Part shown: piece by piece, positions 37,254 to 45,324 of the stretch
How the letters are laid out: every line of letters starts with the position of its first letter
Position numbering within the stretch: the first letter of the stretch is position 1
Translations under genes and position numbers: made by a program
The notes under the pieces: generated by a model
The model's database searches: none
Told to the model about the DNA's origin: nothing
What the model saw: only the letters and a program-made list of their open reading frames with translations
Source: an uncultured Clostridia bacterium
GTDB lineage: Bacteria; Bacillota; Clostridia; Christensenellales; UBA1242
Direction of reading: 5' to 3'
Length of the DNA stretch: 59,013 nt
Assembly (NCBI GenBank): GCA_944381235.1
Contig: CALWKI010000025.1
Coordinates: 1 to 59,013 of the forward strand

Positions 37254-37281
37254 ACTTAGGTTATAAGCCTAAGTTTTTTTT
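37254..37281 (+). terminator. Rho-independent terminator after tRNA-Glu
   Basis: ACTTAGG / CCTAAGT stem followed by TTTTTTTT. Confidence 0.7.
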
Positions 37282-37362
37282 GTTTTTTATTTACTTTTTT
37301 TAATATCCTACTATAAAAAACACAATAAAATACACTACATAAAAAAATTTACAAATTACCTA

Positions 37363-37391
37363 TTGAAAATTTAAAAAAAGTTTTCTATAAT
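37363..37391 (+). promoter_or_regulatory. Near-consensus sigma-A promoter of the orphan 121-aa gene
   Basis: TTGAAA (37363-37368), 17-nt spacer, TATAAT (37386-37391). Confidence 0.65.
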
Positions 37392-37418
37392 AATGTGAAA
37401 TTTAAAAAGAGGTGAAAG

Positions 37419-37784
37419 ATGGATAGTTTATACGCAGCAAGGAAATGTTTTATAAAAAATGATAATATTAAGAGTGTAATAGCATATATTCCGTCAAAAG
37501 TTATTTTGGAAAGTCATTTTACAGTAGAATGTAATAATTTGCTAAGAGATTTTTATCAAGTTGATTTCCCTTCTATTAATCAGAAGAATATTGAATTTAT
37601 TGATAGTGATATTGTTGAAAATATATTTTCAAATAAAGAAGAGTGCTCTAATTATTGTCAAAATTTCAACAAGGTTGTTTGGGAACCATTTTTAAGCACT
37701 TGCGACCATGAAAAATATAGAAGCGACATAGAAACCATTAATAAAGAATTTAAACTTGAAAAAGAAGACTCGTTGGAAAGATAA
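37419..37784 (+). CDS. Hypothetical protein, 121 aa, no recognisable family
   Basis: Own promoter, RBS AGAGGTG 5 nt upstream, and a terminator immediately downstream. Acidic, five Cys, no TM segment. Confidence 0.6.
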   Translation: MDSLYAARKCFIKNDNIKSVIAYIPSKVILESHFTVECNNLLRDFYQVDFPSINQKNIEFIDSDIVENIFSNKEECSNYCQNFNKVVWEPFLSTCDHEKYRSDIETINKEFKLEKEDSLER

Positions 37785-37786
37785 TA

Positions 37787-37846
37787 AAAAAGACCTAAAA
37801 TGCACACACTTAACTTAGTGTTTTACGCCAAATTAGGTCTTTTTTA
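37787..37846. terminator. Long bidirectional terminator hairpin between the orphan gene and aspS
   Basis: Outer stem AAAAGACCTAA / TTAGGTCTTTT with an inner hairpin ACACT/AGTGT. It is flanked by an A-run upstream and a T-run downstream. Confidence 0.6.
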
Positions 37847-37992
37847 TACAACAAATATTAAAAGTTGAACAACCTTGTGTTAAATAACAATTTAGTGATT
37901 TTTATACCATTTATAATTTTTTTTAAATGTTAGGTTTTGTTTAATACAACATATATAAAGTAGAATACTAAAAATTAGATGTTAAATTAACA

Positions 37993-39750
37993 CTAATCGT
38001 CAAGGTTTAGTTTAATATGAACATCCTTTAGTTGCTTATCTGTCACAACGCTTGGTGCCCCCATAAGTGGATCTTCGGCAGACTTGTTCATTGGGAATGC
38101 CATTACCTCTTTAATACTTGTTTCATTACAAATAAACATAAGTAGTCTATCAAATCCGATTGCTGCCCCCGCGTGAGGAGGTGCGCCATATCTAAAGGCA
38201 TTAAAAAGTGCTGGAAATTTATTTTCAACAACCTCTTTGTCGTATCCTGCGAGCCTAAACGCCTCCACCATTATTTCCCTACTATGATTTCTAACCGCAC
38301 CACTTGCAAGTTCTACCCCGTTTAAAACAAGGTCATATTGGTAAGCCACAATATCAAAAGGGTTTTGGTTCTTAAGCGCGTCCATACCACCCTGTGGCAT
38401 AGAAAACGGATTGTGTGAAAACGCAACTTTCCCCTCGTCATCCTCTTCATAAAAAGGAAAATCAACAATAAAACATGGCTTAAAGGCGTTTTTGTCGATA
38501 AGTTCTAACTTTTCACCAAGTTCATTCCTTAAAAAACCTGTGTATTTGAGCGCTCTATTTCTTTTTGCGTCAGAGACAATAAATAAAGTATCCCCCGCTT
38601 CAAGTTTTGCTTTTTCTTTAAGCGTCTCCACATCTCCATCACTAAAATATTTTGCTGCAGGGCCTGATAATTCTTGCCCATCATACTTTAAATATACAAG
38701 TCCTCCCGCCCCTTGTACTTTTAGAGCGGCAGTTAACGCGTCAAAAAAGCGTCTACCCATATCATTTGCCTTGGCTTTTAAAGCAAAAATATATTTATTT
38801 GTAAGTACTGAGAAACTGTGATTTGTAAATTCTTTTGTTAGATCTATTAATTTTAAAGGATTTCTAAGGTCGGGTTTATCTGTCCCATACATTTCCATAG
38901 CGTCTTTAAATTTAATTCTAACAAATGGAGGCTTGTCAACTGTAAGAGTTGTAAAATGAGTAAGCGTGTTATATAAAACAGTTTGTAAAACCTCTAAGAT
39001 GTCGTCTTGCGTTACAAAACTTGCCTCAAAGTCAAGTTGATAAAACTCAGTTGGGCTTCTATCCGCCCTCGCATCTTCATCCCTAAAGCAAGGGGCGATT
39101 TGAAAATATCTTGTAAAACCACTAATCATAAGTAACTGCTTAAAAATTTGAGGGCTTTGTGGCAATGCATAAAATTTGCCAGCATTTATTCTACTTGGAA
39201 CCAAATAGTCCCTTGCCCCCTCAGGACTAGATGAGGTCAAAATTGGCGTTTGAATTTCCATAAATTCTAGATTATACATTTGCTCCCTAATAAACCTCAT
39301 AAGTTCCGCACGTTTACAAATGTTTTCTAAATTCCTCTCGTTTCTAAGGTCTAAATACCTATATTTGAGTCTCGTATTCTCATTTTGTTCCCTAGCCCTT
39401 GACACCTCAAAAGGAAGGACGTCTTCGCATTTACCAAGAACTTCAATAGAACGGGCTAAAACCTCTATTTCACCAGTTTTCATGTCAGGGTTAACATTTT
39501 TTTCACCCCTCGCACGAACTAACCCGTGAATAGTTACTGTACTCTCTTTTGTAATGTCACGCACCATATTTTCATCTTCAATAAAAATTTGAACAACACC
39601 CGTTTGGTCTCTTAAAGTTAAAAAGGTCAAACTTCCCATTTTTCTAATATTATTTACCCAACCAGCGACTCTTACCTCAGCACCAATATGCTTTGATGTG
39701 AGAAGCCCACACATATGACTTCTATATTTATTATTTTTAAGACTAATCAT
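37993..39750 (-). CDS. aspS: Aspartate-tRNA ligase (bacterial type with GAD insertion)
   Basis: Class II motifs (FRDEDARADR, GLDRLLM-like GFDRLLMF). Start set at the Met with RBS AAGGGGAAGAAGG (MISLKNN). The track's 20-aa N-terminal extension overlaps the predicted promoter. Confidence 0.95.
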   Translation of the reverse strand: MISLKNNKYRSHMCGLLTSKHIGAEVRVAGWVNNIRKMGSLTFLTLRDQTGVVQIFIEDENMVRDITKESTVTIHGLVRARGEKNVNPDMKTGEIEVLARSIEVLGKCEDVLPFEVSRAREQNENTRLKYRYLDLRNERNLENICKRAELMRFIREQMYNLEFMEIQTPILTSSSPEGARDYLVPSRINAGKFYALPQSPQIFKQLLMISGFTRYFQIAPCFRDEDARADRSPTEFYQLDFEASFVTQDDILEVLQTVLYNTLTHFTTLTVDKPPFVRIKFKDAMEMYGTDKPDLRNPLKLIDLTKEFTNHSFSVLTNKYIFALKAKANDMGRRFFDALTAALKVQGAGGLVYLKYDGQELSGPAAKYFSDGDVETLKEKAKLEAGDTLFIVSDAKRNRALKYTGFLRNELGEKLELIDKNAFKPCFIVDFPFYEEDDEGKVAFSHNPFSMPQGGMDALKNQNPFDIVAYQYDLVLNGVELASGAVRNHSREIMVEAFRLAGYDKEVVENKFPALFNAFRYGAPPHAGAAIGFDRLLMFICNETSIKEVMAFPMNKSAEDPLMGAPSVVTDKQLKDVHIKLNLDD

Positions 39751-39778
39751 GCCTTCTTCCCCTTTGTTTTTATGATTA

Positions 39779-39807
39779 ATTATAACGAAAATTTTTATTT
39801 TTGTAAA
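39779..39807 (-). promoter_or_regulatory. Sigma-A type promoter for aspS
   Basis: Minus strand: TTTACA (39807-39802), 17-nt spacer, TATAAT (39784-39779). Confidence 0.6.
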
Positions 39808-39947
39808 CATAAATGTTTTGAAACTAGGCTTAGAAATAAAATTTTTATAACAAAATACTTACGTATTACTAAAATCAAGTAAAAACGAGACTATTTCATA
39901 CAAAAAAAACATATAATAGTGCAAAGTGCCAATAATAAAAGTCGATA

Positions 39948-39976
39948 TTGACAAATTTTACTTTTAAGTATATAAT
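39948..39976 (+). promoter_or_regulatory. Consensus sigma-A promoter of the repeat-containing membrane protein gene
   Basis: TTGACA (39948-39953), 17-nt spacer, TATAAT (39971-39976). Confidence 0.7.
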
Positions 39977-40005
39977 TTATACAACAAATAAAAGAGGTGA
40001 AAAAA

Positions 40006-41055
40006 ATGAATAGTGTTGGTAATAATTCAGGAACAAACTATTTTGAAGATAATAGGAAATTTCGTGGCAGAATTAAAGCTATAATAACAGCACTTACTGC
40101 TGCAACCGTTGGAGCTGTGCTCGTTTTTGCAATTAACCATGGAGCAAACTTTTCAACCAAGGCGCCTGAAAAGGAACTTGAAACAACAAAAGTTGTCGCA
40201 GAAAATACTGATAAAGAGTTTGAAGAAAGAGTAAATGGGGATGCAAGTAATCAAGATAGTGCAACCTCTGAAGAAAAAGAAGATAAGAATATTTTTGAAA
40301 CAATTAAAGATGTTTTTTCCAAAGACAATGATAATGAACAAACTAACAATGAAACACAAACTACTAATGAAACACAAACTACTAACGAAACACAAACTAC
40401 TAATGAAGACCAAACAGAAACTAGTGTAGAAAATGAGCCTTCCACAAGCGACACAACTGTTTCACAAACAAGTCAGATAAATCCTATTACTGGCTCTGTC
40501 GGTGGATATGTTGCCTCTTCTAAGGTCGGCACAGTTACAGGAATAAATGGCGATGTTACCTTCAATACTGAAAAAACATCAACAACAATTGGTGCAGATA
40601 TTAGTAAGGCCTTCTCTCATAACCCTAGTTCAACTGAAGGTTTGTACAATGTGAGTGGTACGGTTGGCAACACATGGTATTTAGATAAGGATGGAAGACG
40701 TATAGATTTAGGCGTAGAAGCTGGCGTTAATATAAATAACAAAGGACAGTATGCTGGCGCAACGGGAAAAACCGGTGTGGCTTATACTACTCCAATTAAT
40801 GATAATGATACATTAACAATAAGCGGTTCTGTAGGTTATAATGCGAGCACTGGCGTAAACGGTTCTTTGATGGCTAATGTAAAATTTGGTGGGAGGAACA
40901 ATGATCGTCAAAAAACCTATGAAAGCACATTAGATAACCCTACCTTTAGGCTCGTTGAAAGGTCAAATACTCCAGACAATCCTAACCCTGACACTCCAAG
41001 TACTGATAAGCCAAACATTAATACTCCAACTAATCCACAAGAGCCTGTAAGATAA
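40006..41055 (+). CDS. Hypothetical membrane-anchored protein with NETQTT repeats, a Gly/Thr/Val-rich beta-type domain and a Pro-rich tail
   Basis: ATG at 40006 lies 8 nt after GAGG; the track's GTG at 39997 overlaps the RBS. One TM (ITALTAATVGAVLVFAI), an acidic linker, an 18-bp repeat in three copies, and a strong GC-rich terminator downstream. Confidence 0.7.
   Translation: MNSVGNNSGTNYFEDNRKFRGRIKAIITALTAATVGAVLVFAINHGANFSTKAPEKELETTKVVAENTDKEFEERVNGDASNQDSATSEEKEDKNIFETIKDVFSKDNDNEQTNNETQTTNETQTTNETQTTNEDQTETSVENEPSTSDTTVSQTSQINPITGSVGGYVASSKVGTVTGINGDVTFNTEKTSTTIGADISKAFSHNPSSTEGLYNVSGTVGNTWYLDKDGRRIDLGVEAGVNINNKGQYAGATGKTGVAYTTPINDNDTLTISGSVGYNASTGVNGSLMANVKFGGRNNDRQKTYESTLDNPTFRLVERSNTPDNPNPDTPSTDKPNINTPTNPQEPVR
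40348..40401 (+). repeat. In-frame tandem repeat, three 18-bp units (AATGAAACACAAACTACT, encoding NETQTT)
   Basis: Units at 40348-40365, 40366-40383 and 40384-40401 (the third has two substitutions), followed by a degenerate fourth unit. Confidence 0.9.
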
Positions 41056-41097
41056 AAAAACAATAAATTTCCTATATTTAGATTCACCTTTTTTAAC

Positions 41098-41122
41098 TCC
41101 CGGGAACTATCCCGGGGTTTTT
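41098..41122 (+). terminator. Rho-independent terminator
   Basis: 8-bp GC-rich stem TCCCGGGA / TCCCGGGG with loop ACTA and a TTTTT tail. Confidence 0.8.
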
Positions 41123-41126
41123 ATTA

Positions 41127-41182
41127 CAAAAAAAACTCACAATAAAACTTAAAATGAAAACTAAAGTTTTAAAGTGAGTTTT
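41127..41182 (-). terminator. Candidate terminator of the miaA-ynbB transcript
   Basis: Minus strand: AAAACTCAC / GTGAGTTTT outer stem with an inner hairpin, followed by a run of T. Confidence 0.4.
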
Positions 41183-41212
41183 TATTTTATATTCAAACAT
41201 TTTTTATATAAA

Positions 41213-42436
41213 TTAATCTTTTCTATTTAGCAAATAATCATTAAGGGCAAGTTTTACATGTTCATATGTAAGTCCGCCTTGGATATATAAAATATAAGGC
41301 TTTTTTAGTGGACTATCGCAACTTAGTTCTATAGTACTTCCCTGCACAAAACAACCCGCCGCCATAATAATATCGTTATCATACCCTGCCATAGGACTTG
41401 GAATAGGGGTCACATAACTATCGACTGGTGATAAATGTTGAATAGAACCACAGAAACTAATTAAATCTTCTTTGTCTTCAAAATAGACAGAACGCACAAT
41501 GTCGGCGAGTTCAAAAGAATCATCAACTAGTTTGTAGCCAAGGTTTTTCATAACCTTACCTATTAACATTGAACCTTTTTTTGCTTGAAGTACTGTATGA
41601 GGTGACATAAAAAGTCCTTGATACATAAGCCTATAACCACCTTCAAAGGAGCCAACTTCTGTTTTAATGGAAGGAGAGGTAAAACGGCCTGCAATAAGGT
41701 CAATATATTTTTTCTTTCCAGCAATATATCCGCCGTTAGAAACTAATCCCCCGCCCGGATTTTTAATAAGAGAACCCGCTGTCACGTCTGCCCCGACTTC
41801 AGTTGGTTCCTTGTCTTCAACAAACTCACAATAACAATTATCAACCATAATTATACTTGTTTTGTTTACGAGTCTAATTTTTTTAATAATGTCTTCTAAC
41901 CTATTTATTCTAACAGCCTTTCTAGTTAAATATCCGCAAGAACGTTGAATATAAATCATTTTTGGGTTTGTTTTTACTGCTTCTAAAATCTTTTCTTCGT
42001 CAAAATCACCGTTTTTAAGTTCAACTTGCTTATAAATTACACCAAAATCTTTTAGACTCCCATTGTCAACATTATCTGTCCCAAAAATAGTTTGGTCAAG
42101 TGTGTCGTATGGCTTACCTGTTATTGCAAGCATTACATCTCCCGGCCTTAAAAGCCCATATAAAACGGTAGTTAGCGCCTCAGTACCACACGAAATTGCT
42201 TGAGATACAATCGCCTCCTCTGCACCAAAACTATCTGCATAAACTCTCATTAACTTTTCGCGTCCTAAATCGTCAAAGCCATAGCCCGTTGAACCATAAA
42301 AATGATTTGCTGAAATTCTGTTATTTCTAAACGCATTTAAAATTTTGTTTGTATTTTTAAGTGCAACTTCTTCAGCGCGCTTAAAATCTTCCTTTAGTTC
42401 TTCCTCTGCTTTTAAAATTCTACTATCAATTTCCAT
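41213..42436 (-). CDS. YnbB / aluminium-resistance family PLP-dependent enzyme (methionine gamma-lyase-like)
   Basis: About 407 aa from the Met preceded by AAGGAG (MEIDSRIL). The family was recognised from overall pattern and from the conserved position after miaA in Firmicutes. The track's longer ORF overlaps miaA extensively. Confidence 0.75.
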   Translation of the reverse strand: MEIDSRILKAEEELKEDFKRAEEVALKNTNKILNAFRNNRISANHFYGSTGYGFDDLGREKLMRVYADSFGAEEAIVSQAISCGTEALTTVLYGLLRPGDVMLAITGKPYDTLDQTIFGTDNVDNGSLKDFGVIYKQVELKNGDFDEEKILEAVKTNPKMIYIQRSCGYLTRKAVRINRLEDIIKKIRLVNKTSIIMVDNCYCEFVEDKEPTEVGADVTAGSLIKNPGGGLVSNGGYIAGKKKYIDLIAGRFTSPSIKTEVGSFEGGYRLMYQGLFMSPHTVLQAKKGSMLIGKVMKNLGYKLVDDSFELADIVRSVYFEDKEDLISFCGSIQHLSPVDSYVTPIPSPMAGYDNDIIMAAGCFVQGSTIELSCDSPLKKPYILYIQGGLTYEHVKLALNDYLLNRKD

Positions 42437-43358
42437 TTTTGTTCTCCTTAAATTTTCTAGCGATATATTTTTTTGCTTTTTCCCTTTCCTTTTCAATGTC
42501 AAACCACACGGTATTTTCAAAACCCCGAATAAACGTAAGTTGCCGTTTTGCATAGTGTCTAGAGTTTTTCTTAATAAGTTCTTTTAACTCTTCTAAACTA
42601 ATTTTTGATGAAAAGTAGTCTTTAAACTCCTTATACCCTATTGCTTGCATTGACTGAGACTCCCACGTCACTTTGCCACTCTTTATTAAATTCTCGACCT
42701 CGTGCATTAGTCCCTTATCAAACATAATATCAACTCTATCATTAATTCTCTTATATAAATGGCTTCTTTCCATCGTTAGTGCCACCATAACAAAGTCATA
42801 AATTGCCGTATTTTCATTAACATTTTGTTCGGTCTTTGTTTTTCCTGTTTGCTCAATTATTTCAAGCGCGCGAATAATTTTTTTTGTGTCGTTTGGGTGA
42901 ATTTTTTTACTTGCCTCTTTATCTTTACTCACCAGCAAACTATAAAGATACTCACCCCCTTTTTCTTTGGCTAAAGAGTTGTATTTGTCACGTAACGCCG
43001 TATTTTTTTTGGCGAGTCCAAACGAATAAGGATAAATAAGAGATTTTATATAAAGTCCAGTACCACCAACAATAATTGGAATTTTGCCTCGACGCGTAAT
43101 ATCTTCTATCTTTTCACGAGCAAGACTCACAAATTCTTGCACACTATATTCTTCATTTGCCTCTACCACATTTATAAGGTAATGCGTAATACCTTCCATT
43201 TCCTGCTCTTTTAATTTTGCCGTGCCGATGTCAAGATCTTTATAAATTTGCATAGAGTCAGCCGAAATAATTTCCCCATTTATAAGTTTTGCACATTCGA
43301 TTGAAAAAGAGGTCTTCCCACTCGCTGTAGGACCTGTTATAATTAAAATTTTTTCCAA
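42426..43358 (-). CDS. miaA: tRNA dimethylallyltransferase
   Basis: P-loop GPTASGKT, 310 aa, TTG start, and position after mutL. Confidence 0.9.
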   Translation of the reverse strand: MEKILIITGPTASGKTSFSIECAKLINGEIISADSMQIYKDLDIGTAKLKEQEMEGITHYLINVVEANEEYSVQEFVSLAREKIEDITRRGKIPIIVGGTGLYIKSLIYPYSFGLAKKNTALRDKYNSLAKEKGGEYLYSLLVSKDKEASKKIHPNDTKKIIRALEIIEQTGKTKTEQNVNENTAIYDFVMVALTMERSHLYKRINDRVDIMFDKGLMHEVENLIKSGKVTWESQSMQAIGYKEFKDYFSSKISLEELKELIKKNSRHYAKRQLTFIRGFENTVWFDIEKEREKAKKYIARKFKENKNGN

Positions 43359-43364
43359 CGTGCA

Positions 43365-45314
43365 CTACACCACCCTCTTAAACATTTTTTCAAGGTCATA
43401 TTTGGTAAGTTTTACGCAAATAGGTCTACCATGAGGACAAAGTAAAATCCTATCTTCTTTCATAACTAAACTAAGCAAAATCTCAATTTCATTACTACTC
43501 AACTCATCCCCACTTTTGATAGCACTTCGGCACGCACTTCTTGCAAATTTATTTTTTATTTCTTCATTATTTTTTGAGATTTTGTTTGGATCTTTTAAAC
43601 ATTCTCTTATAAAATCACTAAGTTTTATTCCTGACAAAATATGAGGAATTGAATTTATTTTATAGGAGTTAACGCCAAAACTATCAATTTCAAAACCAAG
43701 ATCATTAAATACATCAAGATTTTCTTCTATTAAATTTTTTTCAATAGAATTTACTTCAAAAACATATGGTACAAGTAAATCTTGCTTTACAACCTTCTTT
43801 TTGTCGTAATCTTGAATAAGTTTATCGTAAAGAATTCTTTCGTGCCCTGCATGCTGGTCTATAATATAACACGTGTCACTCATTTCAACAATAACAAAAG
43901 TGCTAAAAAGCGTACCGACAATATTATAAAACAACTTGTCCTTAATCTCTTGTTGCTCGACGTGTTTTGTTTTAAGGCTTGTAAAATCGTCTTCAAAAGG
44001 ATTAAAATTAATGTTTTCCTTACTAAAAAAGTCAAACTCTAATTTTTCTTTTAGTGACGCATCATCAATATTTTTTACCTCTACACTTCTTGCCTCTTCT
44101 TCTGTAGAAAAAGTAGGATAAGTATTAGAATAAAGACTCGTAAGTCCGGTTTCTTTATAACTTGGACTACTAACATTAAAATTTTCTAGTTCTTGCTTCA
44201 AACTTTGTAGGTCCCCAAAACTAAAGCCCCCACTAATATTTTGAAGAGAAGGTTCAACACTCTTTTTTTCGCTCTTGTTTTCAAATACGGATAACTCTTC
44301 TCTCCCAATGAGACTTAAGGCAGAACTATTTTCGTTTAACACATTTAAAACTGAAGAGTAGAAAAATTCATAAATACGTCTTGGTTCCCTAAATTTTACT
44401 TCCATTTTGCTTGGGTGGACATTTACATCTATGTCGGTTGGCTCAACGGTCAAGCTTAAAACAAATAACGGAAATTTGCCCTTCATAAGAAAATTTTCAT
44501 ACGCGTTTGCAACCGCAACTGAAACAAGTGTATTTGAGACATATCTATTATTTACAATTAATGTTTGATAGGTCTTGTTTGCTTTACAAAATGAAGGTTT
44601 AGAGATAAAACCATGCAACTTAAAGTCCTTATTTGAAGCACTTATTGATATGAGATTTTGGATAGTCTCCTTACCATAAATCATATAAATTTTTTCAGTT
44701 AACCCATTAATAATTGAATTATAAATTATCTTACCATTTACCACATATTTAAAAGAAATATCAGGGTTAGCAAGCATAAGTCTATTTACAATGTTTGTAA
44801 CTAAATTTTCTTCTTGTTTTAAAGATTTTAAAAACTTTAAACGTGCTGGCGTATTAAAAAACAAGTTTTTTACACTTACACTTGTACCATTATTACATGA
44901 ACATTCGGTAATCTCTTGATTTTTTCCACCTTCAATTCTAACTTTACCGCCAACACCAGTGTTACTCGTTTTTGATACAATTTCAACTTGAGAAACAGAA
45001 GCAATACTTGCAAGTGCCTCACCTCTAAAACCCAATGTTAAAATTGCTTCTAAATCATCCGCACTTGAAATCTTACTTGTCGCGTGAGGTAAAAAGACCT
45101 TATCTAAATCCTCAAAGTTTATACCTTGCCCGTCATCACTAACTTTAATGAGTTTTGTCCCACCATCAACTATCTCTATCACTATATTTTTACCACCGGC
45201 ATCAAGTGCGTTTTCTACAAGTTCTTTTACGACTGAGGCAGGATTTTCTACCACTTCGCCAGCAGAAATTCTATTATATATGTCACTAGTAAGTACATTA
45301 ATTCTTTTTACCAT
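43365..45314 (-). CDS. mutL: DNA mismatch repair protein MutL
   Basis: GHKL ATPase motifs (VVKELVENALDAG, DDGQGI, GFRGEALASI) and a C-terminal dimerisation domain. Start set at the Met preceded by AAGGAGG (MVKRINVL); the track begins 6 codons earlier. Confidence 0.95.
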   Translation of the reverse strand: MVKRINVLTSDIYNRISAGEVVENPASVVKELVENALDAGGKNIVIEIVDGGTKLIKVSDDGQGINFEDLDKVFLPHATSKISSADDLEAILTLGFRGEALASIASVSQVEIVSKTSNTGVGGKVRIEGGKNQEITECSCNNGTSVSVKNLFFNTPARLKFLKSLKQEENLVTNIVNRLMLANPDISFKYVVNGKIIYNSIINGLTEKIYMIYGKETIQNLISISASNKDFKLHGFISKPSFCKANKTYQTLIVNNRYVSNTLVSVAVANAYENFLMKGKFPLFVLSLTVEPTDIDVNVHPSKMEVKFREPRRIYEFFYSSVLNVLNENSSALSLIGREELSVFENKSEKKSVEPSLQNISGGFSFGDLQSLKQELENFNVSSPSYKETGLTSLYSNTYPTFSTEEEARSVEVKNIDDASLKEKLEFDFFSKENINFNPFEDDFTSLKTKHVEQQEIKDKLFYNIVGTLFSTFVIVEMSDTCYIIDQHAGHERILYDKLIQDYDKKKVVKQDLLVPYVFEVNSIEKNLIEENLDVFNDLGFEIDSFGVNSYKINSIPHILSGIKLSDFIRECLKDPNKISKNNEEIKNKFARSACRSAIKSGDELSSNEIEILLSLVMKEDRILLCPHGRPICVKLTKYDLEKMFKRVV

Positions 45315-45324
45315 TTTTGCCTCC

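Noticed and set aside
39751-39996. T-box or other leader upstream of aspS, and the 20-aa N-terminal extension in the track ORF (start 39810)
   Set aside because: No T-box sequence or terminator/antiterminator is present. A TTTACA-17-TATAAT promoter lies inside the putative extension, and a strong RBS precedes the Met at 39750.
42437-42553. The 39-aa N-terminal extension of the ynbB ORF, with similar extensions for mutL (45315-45332) and the HD protein (33535-33585)
   Set aside because: The extensions overlap upstream genes or lack an SD, whereas the internal Met codons are preceded by AAGGAG, AAGGAGG and AGGGAAG respectively.
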